A stretch of 63,545 bases of DNA, filler included, from Octopus bimaculoides (Eukaryota): the NCBI RefSeq assembly GCF_001194135.2. It is 7 parts of 7 records of this genome, joined end to end, with 100 filler letters (N's around TTAATTAATTAA, not from the genome) between each part and the next. Parts side by side here need not be neighbours in the genome. Positions count along the whole stretch, not along the records: positions 1 to 14,620 come from NC_068994.1; 6 more parts are not named here. One strand, given 5' to 3'. The notes below the pieces were generated by a model. It was given only the letters and a program-made list of their open reading frames with translations. It was not told where the DNA came from and searched no databases. Positions 1 to 12,467 of this stretch are shown here, piece after piece. Made by a program: the position numbers and the translations under genes. Position 1 is the stretch's first letter. Each line of letters opens with the position of its first letter.

Positions 1-11
1 TATATATATTC

Positions 12-42
<31 letters not shown>

Positions 43-86
43 ATATACTGAAAGAAGCTTCTCAACAGTGTTCTAGTAATGCTTAC

Positions 87-283
87 CGACTAACAGTTGC
101 AGGAGAGGCAACTGCAAGATCTTCAACTTCAAACAACATGTGGATATAAGGTGTTAACTTGATTCTTTCACTGTTTGCCAGGCAAAGCATTTTATTATCA
201 TCAAGAACAGTATTCATGTTTTCTATCCAAAGGGCATCAACAGGACCATCAGAGATAACCCACTGGTGTTTTGGGCTTGTGTC
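87..283 (-). CDS. DNAH6: Dynein heavy chain exon, AAA2; gene continues beyond the window start
   Basis: tttaaag acceptor, CG/gtaagc donor; [43 protein letters not shown]...ASPATVSR. Confidence 0.93.
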
Positions 284-671
284 CTTTAAACAAAAAAACA
301 TTAAAAATTAAATTCAACTTTTACGAAGAAAGTAAACAAACAAATTTTGTCTTTAGAAACATTAAGATGTATTGTAAGAAACAGAAATAAATTTTTTTCT
401 CAAACACGTGATAATGCTATAAAATAGCGTGATCAGGATAAATTATCCATATAATGCAGAAAAATAAGTTGCCGGCCAGCCATGAGACTCGAATGCATTT
501 ATAATGTCTCAGAGCAATATATTTTCTAAATAACTCTTTATTTTTATGCTAAAATGTGTGCAATCTTGCATCTTTATTTCATGATTCTTTCATCATTACT
601 TTAAGGAGTTAGGTGATGTCTACACTTCCCTGGTGATGTTAAACCTGGCACTTTATCATTTATGATGATGC

Positions 672-972
672 AGGTTCCAGTTGATCAAATCAATAGAACA
701 GCCTGCTCATGGAAGAATTAACATGCAAGTGACTGAGCATTCCACAAACATGTGTTCCCTTAATGTAGTTCTCAAGGAGATTCAGCTTGAAACAGAGCGT
801 GACAAGGCTGGCCTTTTGAAATACAGGTACTACTTGTTTTTTGCCAGCTGAGTAGATTGGAGCAATGTGAAATAAAGTATCTTGCTGAAGGACACAACAT
901 ACTACCATGTATCAAACTCCAAGCCTTACAATCTTCAGCCGAAGACCCTAACCACTTAGTCATGTGCCTTCA
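672..972 (-). mobile_element. SINE family C
   Basis: Reverse complement of the 57260-57590 family. Confidence 0.75.
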
Positions 973-1417
973 CTATACTGGTAATGTTAAAAACATGTCC
1001 AGAGTTTATTGTGTCTGGAGAGAGTCATTCTCTTTTAGTGCCTTATTAATTTAACACACTCACTGGCACAATTTCCACTCATTTACTTATCTATTTTTAC
1101 TAAAATTTTCCTTGTGTCTTGCAACCTTTTCAGTAGTCATTGTCTTCCTTACTTTACAAAATTAGATATTAATCAGGGATTAATACTGATTTTCCTACAC
1201 TACCTTTTAGAATGTAATTAGATTTGTAATGCTCTCTGCATATAAGAGCATCATTCAGTGCATGCGTGCATGTAAAAAAATAGAATTATAATTCAAGTTC
1301 TGTCTTCATGAAGCACATCTGCATATTTCAATACTTCAAAATTGTATGTAGATGTTATATTTGTGTAAGGCATGCATAAGAGTTGAAAGTTACTAGAAAG
1401 TAGCAGGGTAAATACAT

Positions 1418-1884
1418 ATCAAAACAGGAGATTGGGAAAAAGTTTTGTTTGGTATTACTTATTCACCATTACACATGTTTAATTTGAAAATAGCTGTTAC
1501 AAGGTTGTAGAAGAAATGTATAAGATATCACCTATTAGAAACTCTTCAAACAGAGAATAATAAAATTTATTATATGATTCGATGTCTGAAGAATTTCTAA
1601 TAAAAGATATCTTACATGTTTTCTACAACGTGTATTCTCTTGTAATTCCTATTAGCTGTTACAAGGTTTTAGAAGAAATGTGTAAGATATCACCTATTAG
1701 AAATTCTTCAAACAGTGAATAATAAAATTTATTATATGATTCAATGTCTGAAGAATTTCTAATAAAAGATATCTTACATGTTTTCTACAATGTGTATTCT
1801 CTTGTAATTCCTATTAGTGAATGAAACACATGTGATAATGGAAAAATAATACCCCAATTTTGTTTTCCAATCTCCTGTTTTGAT
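1418..1884. mobile_element. Nested foldback element containing a 162-bp tandem duplication
   Basis: 18-bp perfect inverted termini (1418-1435 and 1867-1884); units start at 1491 and 1653, each an internal hairpin. Confidence 0.7.
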
Positions 1885-1886
1885 CT

Positions 1887-1973
<87 letters not shown>

Positions 1974-3641
1974 TATATAAAGGGCATTAACTGTGTATCA
2001 ATGCCTCACGCTATCGAGGGACTAAATAAGTAAAAAAACTACCAAAAATAAGCAACATATTTACCGAAAGCGAGGGAATGCAGCTTTTCAAAATTTATCT
2101 CTTAAAAACATTTATATATATTAATAATAAAGAGTATGAAGATTTGTTCATCCCCAAAATTTATTTTATAGTTATATACAGCATATTAAAATGACCTATA
2201 TGTGTTTCTGTGGCAGCAACTACTCACTTTTGCAAATGCAACATTCCAGTTAGCCATTAACTAGAACTTAACTGAGAGCTAATATGGTATCTGCCTGGAA
2301 AATATATCCTTCCAAACTCATTTTGTATATATGTATATATGTGTGTGTGTGTGTATACGCACAGACACACACACACACACACACACATACATACATGCAT
2401 AATAATGCCACCAGGGGGGAAAAGAGGAAAAATGATTTATGTAACAAGAAAGTTTTTGTCCAGAAAGTTAATTAATAAGAATTCCAGTTTTTAACATTAT
2501 TTGTTTGCAAAAATAATAAGTCAAAAATACCAAGGTAACACTGTACTTAACTAATAGTTAGATTATTATTAGGAATAAAATAACATAAATGTAAAGCACT
2601 ACTGCAATCTGAACTTCAATATTCTGCAGAGACTTGTTGCCAGTTAGAAATTGCATAGCCATTTAACAGGTGTAAAGAGATAATTAAATAAGTGGAATTG
2701 AATTAAGGTGAGAGCTTTTCAGGAAATCAATATTTCAACTGTAGTGATTCACACTTAAGCTAGGGAAATTATAGTTTACTGATGAAATTAAGTAAAATCC
2801 ATCTTTTAAAATATTTTCAAGAAAAAACTGTAGTCCTCACAGTTTGTTTTAAAATAAATTGTAGCATAAATATGAATTGAATGAGTTTTGAAATCACAAT
2901 TTTATGTTGCAACTGCTAAATGAAAATATTGTACACATTATATGGAATGGTACTTTTACTTGTATACATACATATATTGAATTGTTTAAAAACTTGTCAG
3001 TTTATAATTAGTATACCAGTATATCTGAATCTCATTGGCAAATTAATCTTTCTTAATTAAGTTGAATTAATGAGAGGCATAAGATACATGTATAAGCTAA
3101 ATTTTAAATGAGGAAAAATCTTACTACATAAATAAAAACACAAATACTAATTCATATAACAATAGAAAAGTAATTATATCTAGTTTTAAAAATGAAAAAG
3201 AAAAACCAGGAAATATTGGGATTGATTATATTTTCATCTCAAGCAAAATAATTTCTTTTCTTTTTGAATAATTTAAATAAAAGTCTAAAAATATTTTGTG
3301 CACACTGAACTAAACAACAACAAAAAAAAATTTATTCATATTTCATTAGTACATCCAGTTAAGGTTTCCCAAAGCAGATCAACATAATTAGATCTTCCCT
3401 TGATACTTAATCTTTATTCTCGAAAGAAAACAGTTTGTCAAATGTTATAATAAACATGCAAATGACAAAATAACTGTTTATCCAATAAACAATTCCATTT
3501 GGAAAATACAGAAAAAAAAATTGAAATAAATTAAAAGAAATTACCTGATTTCTCTGCACCCTTTTGTTTAAAAATAAAATTGTGTATTAACCCTTTTGAT
3601 ACCAACCCACTCAGGGCTGCCCTTTGTTCTATGATACACAC

Positions 3642-4065
3642 TTAACCCTTTAGTATTTTAACCCTTTAGTATTTGAACCGGCCATATCTAGCTCAAATAT
3701 TCTGTTTTATACTCAAATCAGCCAGATGTGACCTCTCACACCTACCCTACAATGTCATTCTAAATTTTAACAGTTACCTCATCAAAATCTAAATGCTACA
3801 AGACAATGCATGATTAATTAAAGACGGCACGTAAAAGCACCCACTACACTCTCGGAGTGGTTGGTGTTAGGAAGGGCATCCAGCTGTAGAAACTCTGCGA
3901 GATCAGATTGGAGCCTGGTGCAGCCTTCTGGCTTGCCAGTACTCAGTCAAATCATCCAACCCATGCTAGCATGGAAAGCGGACGTTAAACGATGATGATG
4001 ATGATGATGATGATGTGAATAAATAAGCATTACTTTTGTCAGAATAATGTGAATGCTAAAGGGTT
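3642..4065. mobile_element. piggyBac-type MITE interrupted by an RTE-derived repeat
   Basis: ttaaccctttag..gctaaagggtt termini; internal similarity to 6725-6948. Confidence 0.7.
3826..4015 (+). mobile_element. RTE 3'-UTR-derived short repeat with (GAT)n tail, nested in a MITE
   Basis: ggcacgtaaaagcacccactacactctcggagtggttgg..catgctagcatggaaagcggacgttaaacgatgatg; recurs at about 11150-11432, 13995-14250, 47540-47720. Confidence 0.8.
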
Positions 4066-5035
4066 TGTGAATTTTGATCAAAACCTTGCATCAAAATTTC
4101 AAGTTAATTTATGTTCCAAACACCATCTTAATAAGTCCAAAGATATTATACTAAATTCTTCATTATTTTCAAAATTAATTGAAACAAAACTGGTGTAGGT
4201 CAACATAAAAAGGTAAAGAGTAAAGACCCCCTTCGGTCATGAATGACCATGGGATTGCACCTAGAAATTTCACCACCAAGGCACAAATCTGGGCAAGGTT
4301 GTTTATGGAAGACCAGCACTCGCCCAAGCACACTAATCTCCCCTCTCCACACCACCGATGTTGTTCAAGGGAAAGGCAAAGGCTGATACAGCATGGCATC
4401 AGTGACATCGCAACTCATTTCTACAGCTGAGTGAACTGGAGCAACATGGAATAAAGTGTCTTGCTCAAGAACACAACACACAGTCCGGTCTGGGAATTGA
4501 ACTCACTACCTTATGAATGTGAGCCTGACGCTCTAACCACTGAGCCATGTGCCTTCACATAGGTCAACATAAGTATGGTAACAAAAAAGGTTAATATTCT
4601 TCTTCAATCTCAATAACGGTTATGTGGTTAAGAAACTCAATTTGGAACCATGTGGTTTCAAATTCAGTCTCACTGCACGGCATCTCAGGCAAGCATCTTC
4701 TTTAGTTCTGAACTGACCTATGCCTTGTGAATGAATTTAGTAGACAGAGACTCTATGGAAGCCCACTGTATGTGTGTGGAGGGGGGTTGTCCCCACACCA
4801 CTTCACAGCCATTGTTGGTTTGTTTACATCCCCATAACTTAGCAGCTTGCAAAAGAGACCAGACTTTAAAGTAGTGGGGGTCGACTGGAGCTGATTGATT
4901 TGCTTGGCTAAATCCTATGTGGTGCCCCAGCATGGCCACATTCCTATGACCGAAGCAAGAAAGATATAAAAGATAAGATAATTTAATGTATCATATTTAC
5001 GTATGCTCCCATTTGAAATTAATTAATTAACTTAC

Positions 5036-5221
5036 TACAACAGCTATTCTAATAACAATGGCCATTAGTCCATCATGCCATTCTAAAGTAAGTCGATTTA
5101 TTCCTCCATACAATTCTTCCATTGAGATAGATTTGGGGTTAAGAATGTAACAAATGACTGGTTGGTAGAAAGAATTTTCCTCTCCAAGGGCATGCAAATT
5201 GCCCAATGCATCAGCCAACAC
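5036..5221 (-). CDS. DNAH6: Dynein heavy chain exon, AAA2
   Basis: ttttag acceptor, GTA/gtaagt donor; 186 nt; VLADALGNLHALGEENSFYQPVICYILNPKSISMEELYG...EWHDGLMA. Confidence 0.92.
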
Positions 5222-6067
5222 CTAAAAACAACAAAATATATGTTTGTATCATTAACATGATAGCTTCATCAATTCCTAACAGGATATGACAGATTGGTGA
5301 TTAAAATTTGAAAAAAATTGCCCCTAAAAATTTGTTGAATCCCCGCAGGCAAATGGTGTAACTGCTGGACATAAGCAATTGTGTTGGAGAAATTATTTTC
5401 AAGAATTTAAAGAAGCACAAATATGGCAGTTTGTTAAGAAGCTTGCTTCCCAAAAACACGGTTCTAGGTTCAGTCCTACTGCATGGCACCTTAAGCNNNN
5501 NNNNNNNNNNNNNNNNNNNNNNNNNNNNNNNNNNNNNNNNNNNNNNNNNNNNNNNNNNNNNNNNNNNNNNNNNNNNNNNNNNNNNNNNNNNNNNNNNNNN
5601 NNNNNNNNNNNNNNNNNNNNNNNNNNNNNNNNNNNNNNNNNNNNNNNNNNNNNNNNNNNNNNNNNNNNNNNNNNNNNNNNNNNNNNNNNNNNNNNNNNNN
5701 NNNNNNNNNNNNNNNNNNNNNNNNNNNNNNNNNNNNNNNNNNNNNNNNNNNNNNNNNNNNNNNNNNNNNNNNNNNNNNNNNNNNNNNNNNNNNNNNNNNN
5801 NNNNNNNNNNNNNNNNNNNNNNNNNNNNNNNNNNNNNNNNNNNNNNNNNNNNNNNNNNNNNNNNNNNNNNNNNNNNNNNNNNNNNNNNNNNNNNNNNNNN
5901 NNNNNNNNNNNNNNNNNNNNNNNNNNNNNNNNNNNNNNNNNNNNNNNNNNNNNNNNNNNNNNNNNNNNNNNNNNNNNNNNNNNNNNNNNNNNNNNNNNNN
6001 NNNNNNNNNNNNNNNNNNNNNNNNNNCCTAATGACTGGAACAAGTAAAGGATAAAAGATAATAAATA

Positions 6068-6385
6068 GGTGCAGGAGTGGCTGTGTGGTAAGTAGCTTGC
6101 TTACCAACCACATGGTTCAGGTTTCATTCCCACTGCGTAGCACCTTGGGCGAGTGTCTTCTACTATAGCCTCGGGCCAACCAAAACCTTGTGAGTAGATT
6201 TGGTAGATAGAAACTGAAAGAAGCCTGTTGTATATATGTATGTATGTATATGTATGTGTGTGTATATGTTTGTGTGTGTCTGTGTTTGTCCCCCCAACAT
6301 CGCTTGACATCTGATGGTTGTATGTTTACGTCCCCATAACTTAGCGGTTTGGCAAAACAGACCAATAGAATAAGTACTAGGCTTA
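6068..6385 (+). mobile_element. SINE family A, 3'-truncated
   Basis: High similarity to 8327-8746. Confidence 0.85.
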
Positions 6386-6470
6386 CAGAATCATGGAGTT
6401 TACTTAACAGGATATTAAGAGTTAAAAACAAAAAAGTAAAACAACTCAAAACAAAAATTCAAATACTTAC

Positions 6471-6683
6471 TTTGTAAACAGTTGTTTTACCTCCTCCAGT
6501 GGGTCCAACCAGCATGACTCCATGGCGAACAAGCATAGTGTCATACAACTGAATAACTTTCAGGATTTGAGTTGGAACAACCATTAAGTTTTTGGCTTCA
6601 GTTGCTTTTATTATTTCTCTTTCTAAAACACCATAATCAGGTTCAGGAATTGTAATCCCAGGAAAGAGATCTTGAAGAATTGA
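6471..6683 (-). CDS. DNAH6: Dynein heavy chain exon, AAA2 Walker A (not in ORF track, no Met start)
   Basis: ttacag acceptor, AAA/gtaagt donor; 213 nt; SILQDLFPGITIPEPDYG...KVIQLYDTMLVRHGVMLVGPTGGGKTTVYK. Confidence 0.93.
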
Positions 6684-6724
6684 CTGTAAAAGGAAAACAT
6701 CACAAGAAACAACTGAAATATAAT

Positions 6725-6948
6725 TTAACCATTTAGTATTTACCAGCTGTATCTGGCCAAAATATTTCTACCTGTTTAATGTTCAAACTGGCTAGATCTG
6801 GTGTCTCACATCTACCCTACAATGTCATTCTAAACATAAAAATCATATTGAAACCTTGAAGTTACAAGATGGTGCATTATTAATTTCAAACAATGTAAAT
6901 AAATAAGCATTTCGTTTTTACAGGGTAATCTGAATGCTAAAGGGTTAA
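6725..6948. mobile_element. piggyBac-type MITE
   Basis: TTAA at both ends, termini acc(a)tttag..ctaaagggt; relatives at 3642-4065, 26951-27170, 32266-32498. Confidence 0.7.
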
Positions 6949-7164
6949 AATGTAATGTTGCATGTATTCAAACAAATGATTGTGAATAAGCAAATAAGAG
7001 AAAAGAAGATTTTTTTTTTAAGTAGAAATGAACAATCTATCTCGCATTTTGTAAATAGTTAATTGCAATTAACTGTCTCTTTATAATAATCTGGTGTTTA
7101 AGAACTGAATAAAGCCAGTTGATAAAATGATTTGTAAGAAAACTAAAGCTTTCTTCCAACCTAC

Positions 7165-7436
7165 CTGGAATAGTATAGTATCTTCTTTCAAAAACTTTGG
7201 AATGTTACTGTCGCGAAGAGCTCTGATAAGTAAACCATCCTCGTCTTGACCTAGATTCTGCTGCTTAAGAGAGCCAGCCATAACTAAAACTGATTTAATG
7301 GCTCTCATCCCAAAGTCATAATGATCTTGCTGGGACAGTTGCTCACTACACAGTTTGTACATTTGTGTCATCTTTTGAGCCAACAACTTTGAGGATTCAA
7401 ATCCCTCGGAATACAAGATCACTTCAGCTATCAGAC
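7165..7436 (-). CDS. DNAH6: Dynein heavy chain exon, AAA1 lid
   Basis: ttcag acceptor (phase 1 matches previous exon), CAG/gtaggt donor; 272 nt; LIAEVILYSEGF...QDHYDFGMRAIKSVLVMAG...DSNIPKF. Confidence 0.93.
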
Positions 7437-7486
7437 CTGAACAAAAAAGTAAACCACAGGTAAATATATGACCAGTCCAGTGAAGG

Positions 7487-7536
7487 TATGGTAAGGACAG
7501 TGAATATGGTAAGGACAGTGAATATGGTAAGGACAG
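7487..7536. repeat. 18-bp tandem repeat (tatggtaaggacagtgaa), about 2.8 copies
   Basis: Seen directly in sequence. Confidence 0.9.
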
Positions 7537-7710
7537 ATGCTGCTCAAGAAAATAATGTATAAATATGTATTAGGAAGGCTGAAACAGGAAGTATTTCATT
7601 CTGTCAATAGAATAAATACTTCATTCTTGTACTTGCTTTGCAAGATTCTCAATGTGAATTCGTGAGTTGAAACATTTTGTTGTATCTTGGGAAGGTCATC
7701 ATGCTAAAAC

Positions 7711-7932
7711 TAAACACATACACTGGTTCAATTTCACTTCAGGGTTAGTTATTTAACCAACTAACTGATCAATGGTTTTCAATTGTTTTCAGCAATGACA
7801 ATCTCTCTCTCGTCCAAGTCAAACAACTAATTCATTGATTAACCAACTGGTTTGTTGATTAGTTAGTTGGTTAAATAACTAACTGATTAACTAATAATAT
7901 AGAAGTGAAAGTGAAACCAGTGCATGTGTTTA
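7711..7932. mobile_element. Foldback MITE
   Basis: taaacacatacactgg/ccagtgcatgtgttta termini plus inner gttagttatttaaccaactaac inverted pair. Confidence 0.7.
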
Positions 7933-7971
7933 ATATTGGAGTAATGTCCCTTCCAAGATACAACAAAATAA

Positions 7972-8306
7972 ATAATTGCAAGTGGAACTCTGTCGGTTAT
8001 GACGATGTATGTTCTTCTTGATACAATCAATGGAACAGCCTACTCGTGAAATTAACGTGCAAGTGGCTGAGCACTCCACAGACATGCATAGCATTAACAT
8101 AGTTCTCAGGAAGATCCAGTATGACACAGAATGTGACAAAGTTGGGCTTTTGGCTTACAGCTATGACTCATTTTTGCCAGCTGAGTGGACTGGAGCAATG
8201 TGGAATAAAGTGTCTTGCTCAAGGACACAACATGCTACCAGGAATCAAACTCACAACCTTATGATCATGGGCCAAATACCCTAACCACTATGCCACATGC
8301 CTTCAC
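7972..8306 (-). mobile_element. SINE family C
   Basis: Reverse complement of the 57260-57590 family. Confidence 0.8.
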
Positions 8307-8326
8307 TATAATTCCTACAAACAAAA

Positions 8327-8490
8327 GAGTGGCTGTGTGGTAAGTAGTTTGCTTACCAACCACATGGTTCCGGGTTCAGTCCCACTGCGTGGCACCTTGG
8401 GCAAGTGTCTTCTACTATAGCCTCGGGCCGACCAAAGCCTTGTGAGTGGATTTGGTAGGCAGAAACTGAAAGAAGCCCGTCGTATATATG

Positions 8491-8523
<33 letters not shown>

Positions 8524-8746
8524 ATGTTTGTGTGTCTGTGTTTGTCCCCCCAACATCGCTTGACAACCGATGCTGGTGTGTTTACGTCCCCGTAACTTAG
8601 CGGTTCGGCAAAAGAGATCGATAGAATAAGTACTAGGCTTACAAAAGAATAAGTCCTGGGGTCGATTTGCTCGACTAAAGGTGGTGCTCCAGCATGGCCG
8701 CAGTCAAATGACTGAAACAAGTAAAAGAGTAAAAGAGTAAAAGAGA
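8327..8746 (+). mobile_element. tRNA-derived SINE, family A (gagtggctgtgtggtaag...gtaaaagag tail), full length
   Basis: A/B-box-like head (tggctgtgtgg, ggttcagtccc), internal (TA/TG)n, (GTAAAAGA)n tail; many copies in window. Confidence 0.85.
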
Positions 8747-8751
8747 CTTAC

Positions 8752-8905
8752 AATAGTCTGGCACCATCATAGCAAAGGGTCTAAAAAGGGCTTTTAGGTT
8801 ATCTGGCAATTCAGTACGACCAGCATAGCCTGGATTCATTGTGATGAATGCAGCGCAGGTTCTGATCAATTTGATGTCATGGCCTTCAAAGATGAATCGA
8901 GAAAC
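8752..8905 (-). CDS. DNAH6: Dynein heavy chain exon, AAA1 sensor I/arginine-finger region
   Basis: ttttag acceptor, T/gtaagt donor (phase 1); 154 nt; [51 protein letters not shown]. Confidence 0.93.
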
Positions 8906-9004
8906 CTAAAATGAAATTTAAAAAAGGATACACATGAAATTAGTGATATTCAGGAAATTATTTGTTCAGCTTTAGGGAACATTCCTAAAATCCCTATATT
9001 AAGT

Positions 9005-9560
9005 ATCATCATCATTATCATCATCATCATCATCATCATCATTTAATGTCCGTTAACCATGCTGGCATGGGTTGGACAGTCTGACCAGGGCTGGCAAAAG
9101 TGGAAGGCTGCATCAGACTCCAGTCTGATTTGGCATGGTTCCTATGGCTGGGTTCCCTTCCTAATGCCAATCACTCTGAGAGTGTAATAGGTGCTTTTAT
9201 GTGCCACCAGCACAAGTGCCATTTGCATGACACCAATATCTTCCACAACTGTGATTTTGCTTGGCTTGATGGGTCTACTTCTCAAGCACAACATTATGTC
9301 AAAGGTCTCAGTCATTGCCTCCAAGAGGCCCAACACTCAAAAGGAACTCAGCCACTTTTCCCCCATAAGGCCTCCGTGAGTCCCAACGCTCAAAAGGAAC
9401 TCGCCTCCATGAGGCCCAATGCTCGAAAGGAACTCGCTTCCATGAGGCTCAATGCTCCAAAGGAACTCAGCCACTTTGCCTCCAAGGGGCCCAACACTCA
9501 AAAGATGCTCTTTACGTACGACTGGCATGGGTTCCAGTTACATGACACCAGCATCAGTCA
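9005..9560 (-). mobile_element. RTE 3'-UTR repeat with internal ~33-bp tandem units
   Basis: (CAT)n tail at 9005-9041; ggcccaacactcaaaaggaactc units at about 9325-9505. Confidence 0.7.
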
Positions 9561-9697
9561 TGACTACGATTTTATTGAGGCTTATTCTTATATATTGTAT
9601 AACAATATGCACTACCAATAGAAATACAAGGAAAACTTAATACATATTTACTAACACGTATTAGTAAATATGTATTTGAATAAATACATATTTACAG

Positions 9698-9735
<38 letters not shown>

Positions 9736-10831
9736 GAATAAATAAGTAAATTAAAAAATAACTAAATAAAAACACATATACAAATAGTGTAGTAAGCAAA
9801 TCCATATACATACACACAAAACATATATACTAAACACATAAACATGCATGTACACATGCGCATGCACACATATATACACAGAGATACAGACACAAACACA
9901 TGCTATGTGCAGATAAGGATACACACTGCAGATCATGTGCAGTAGTTACAGATCATGTGCAGAAATACTGTTTTTTAAAAAAAAAAAACAGCATCAAACA
10001 GAGAGACAGACTCATATAAACATAATCATACACACACACACACACACACATGCGAAGGGCTTCCACACAGTTTCAACCTGTCAAATTTCACTCATCATAA
10101 CATAGTGATCAACTTGAGGTTATAGAAAAAGACACTTGCCCAAGGTGCCATACAGCAGGACCAAACTTGAAACCATGTGGTTCTTAACCGCACTACTATG
10201 CCTGCAGGAGCAGAATAAGACCCATATAGGCCCTAAGCACTTAAAAGATTTTGGTGACCCCATAAAAGATTATGTAATTCAAAATATAACAAATAATAGA
10301 TCATAAGATAAATCTTTATTTTCCAATATGAAACAAACTAACAGTAAGTTGGAAAATAATGTTTGTTTATTTTTTATCTTTTATCTTTTACTTGTTTCAG
10401 CCATTAGACTGCGGCCATGCTGGGGCACCACTTTCTTTGTATTTAAAAAGTTTTTTCCTACTTTCCATAATTGCAAAGTCCTTGATCAAATCCTCACTAT
10501 GCCACAATGAATACTTTGAAATTATATTTCTGGTCATATAAACCATTTTGAATATTATTTTAGAAAGTTTAAAGTGATTTCTTTTATGCCATAAACCATT
10601 TAACATTTCTGTAGTGTCCCATCCTTTCTCGATACCCTAAGCATATGATTATTTTGCTTAATGGTTAATTCAGTGCTACATACCTGCACTATCTGAAACT
10701 ATCTCAAACTATGAAATTAGAAAAGAAAATTATTTCCTACAAAATCAATAATCACATTATATGTGAAAATATAATTACAAAATTAAAAATTAAAAATAAA
10801 ATCGTAATTTTTAATAAATTTAATGTGGTAC

Positions 10832-10969
10832 CTTTGCAACTTTGGCATTCCTAATGGTAATAAGTTGTTGAGCAATAACAGACAACACTTCAGTATCAAT
10901 GCGATTAAACTCATCAAAGCAACACCAAGCACCAGTTTGTGCAAGTCCGGAGAAGAAACGGCCCATCAT
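10832..10969 (-). CDS. DNAH6: Dynein heavy chain exon, AAA1 Walker B
   Basis: tttcag/ATG to AAG/gtacca; 138 nt; [46 protein letters not shown]. Confidence 0.93.
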
Positions 10970-11149
10970 CTGAAAAAGAAATATTAATAATAAATTCAGT
11001 AGACTTTGCATATATGTGGCAGCATCAGTAGAGTGGCTAACAAAATGTTCTGTGGTACTTAATTATATTTCTTGAATGCACAGAGTTCAAATCCTTGCTA
11101 GGATGACTTTTGAAATTTAAAAACTTTTTTTATCCATTTTTTTTCTGCC

Positions 11150-11432
11150 AGTGTCGCCGAACTGGCTCCTGTGCAGGTGGCACGTAAAATACACCATTTT
11201 GAGTGTGGCCATTGCCAGTACCACCTGACTGGCCTTTGTGCCGGTGGCACATAAAAGCACCCACTACACTCTCAGAGTGGTTGGCGTTAGGAAGGGCATC
11301 CAGCTGTAGAAACTCTGCCAAATCTGATTGGAGCCTGGTGTAGCTATCTGGTTTCACCAGTCCTCAGTCAAATCGTCCAACCCATGCTAGCATGGAAAGC
11401 GGATGTTAAACGACGATGATGATGATGATGAT
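11150..11432 (+). mobile_element. RTE 3'-UTR-derived repeat
   Basis: Same sequence and (GAT)n tail as 3826-4015. Confidence 0.8.
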
Positions 11433-11976
11433 CCATATGAGGTTGATTAAATTGATTACACCCTTCCCTCAAAATTTCAAACTGTCACAAGAATTATTAT
11501 TTTCATCAGTGATGACTGTGCCCTTCATAGATACAGGCAGTCTCTTGGTAAGGCATAGCACCCATCAGCCACCTTGCCGGGAACACGGAAGATATGGTGA
11601 AGTCATGAGACTGCAACATAGTGGATTGTGAAGAGAGTGTGAAAGAGCTCAACTGAGCCAATGATGCTTCTTACATTAATGCTGAGTGGAGGAATCCTAG
11701 AAGATCAACAGTCAGGATCACCAATCTCTATCAAGAGAGTAACTACAATGCATCCATAGGGGTAGAGGCCATGGGAAAGGTTCATTATTATGACTCAGGC
11801 TCCCAATTCAAATTCATAATAATAGAATTGGATGACAACAGAGAGTCATGGGAGTCTGCGATAGCAGTGACTCCTAAGCAAGCATTTAATTCCTGATCAG
11901 CTCTGATCAAACAGATCTATGATCAAAGATGTCCAGTCATGAACATCTCATCATTTTGTATATCTGGGACTACAAT

Positions 11977-12089
11977 ACATTATTTACATTATTTACATTT
12001 GACAGATATTTGTCCTCATCTTGTTTGTTATTAACACAACACTTCAGCTGATATACCCTCCAGCCTTCATCAGGTGTCTTGGGAAAATA
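11977..12089 (-). mobile_element. 113-bp Penelope-like pseudo-LTR fragment with decayed hammerhead, flanked by 10-bp direct repeats
   Basis: Minus strand GACAC-CUGAUGA-AGGCUGG..UCAGCU-GAAG-UGUU-GUGUU; ggactacaat at 11967-11976 and 12090-12099. Confidence 0.65.
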
Positions 12090-12467
12090 GGACTACAATG
12101 TTCAATGAATCTTTCCTTTTCAAAACATTCAAACATGATCTGAGAAAGATTTGGTTACTATTTCTATCAGATGAAGTAACCGCATACAGGTATTCCCATT
12201 AACTTTATAAATGTTGCAGCTAGGTGCATTTAATGGGAGCTCAGTGGTGGTGGTGGTGGTGCTGCTGCTACTGCTGCTGCTCATGGTGATGGTGGTGATG
12301 ATGACAGTGATGATGAGGACAATGATGACAATGATTACAACACCAACAATGACAATGATAATGATGATGAGACAATGACGAAGATGGTATAAATTCAATA
12401 TAAGTCCCTACAGTACAGAAAAAAAATCATCATAAATTCATCACCCAAATATTTTTTTTATAAATAC

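Noticed and set aside
9325-9505. CRISPR-like array
   Set aside because: Contiguous degenerate tandem units inside a LINE 3' UTR, no unique spacers, eukaryotic context
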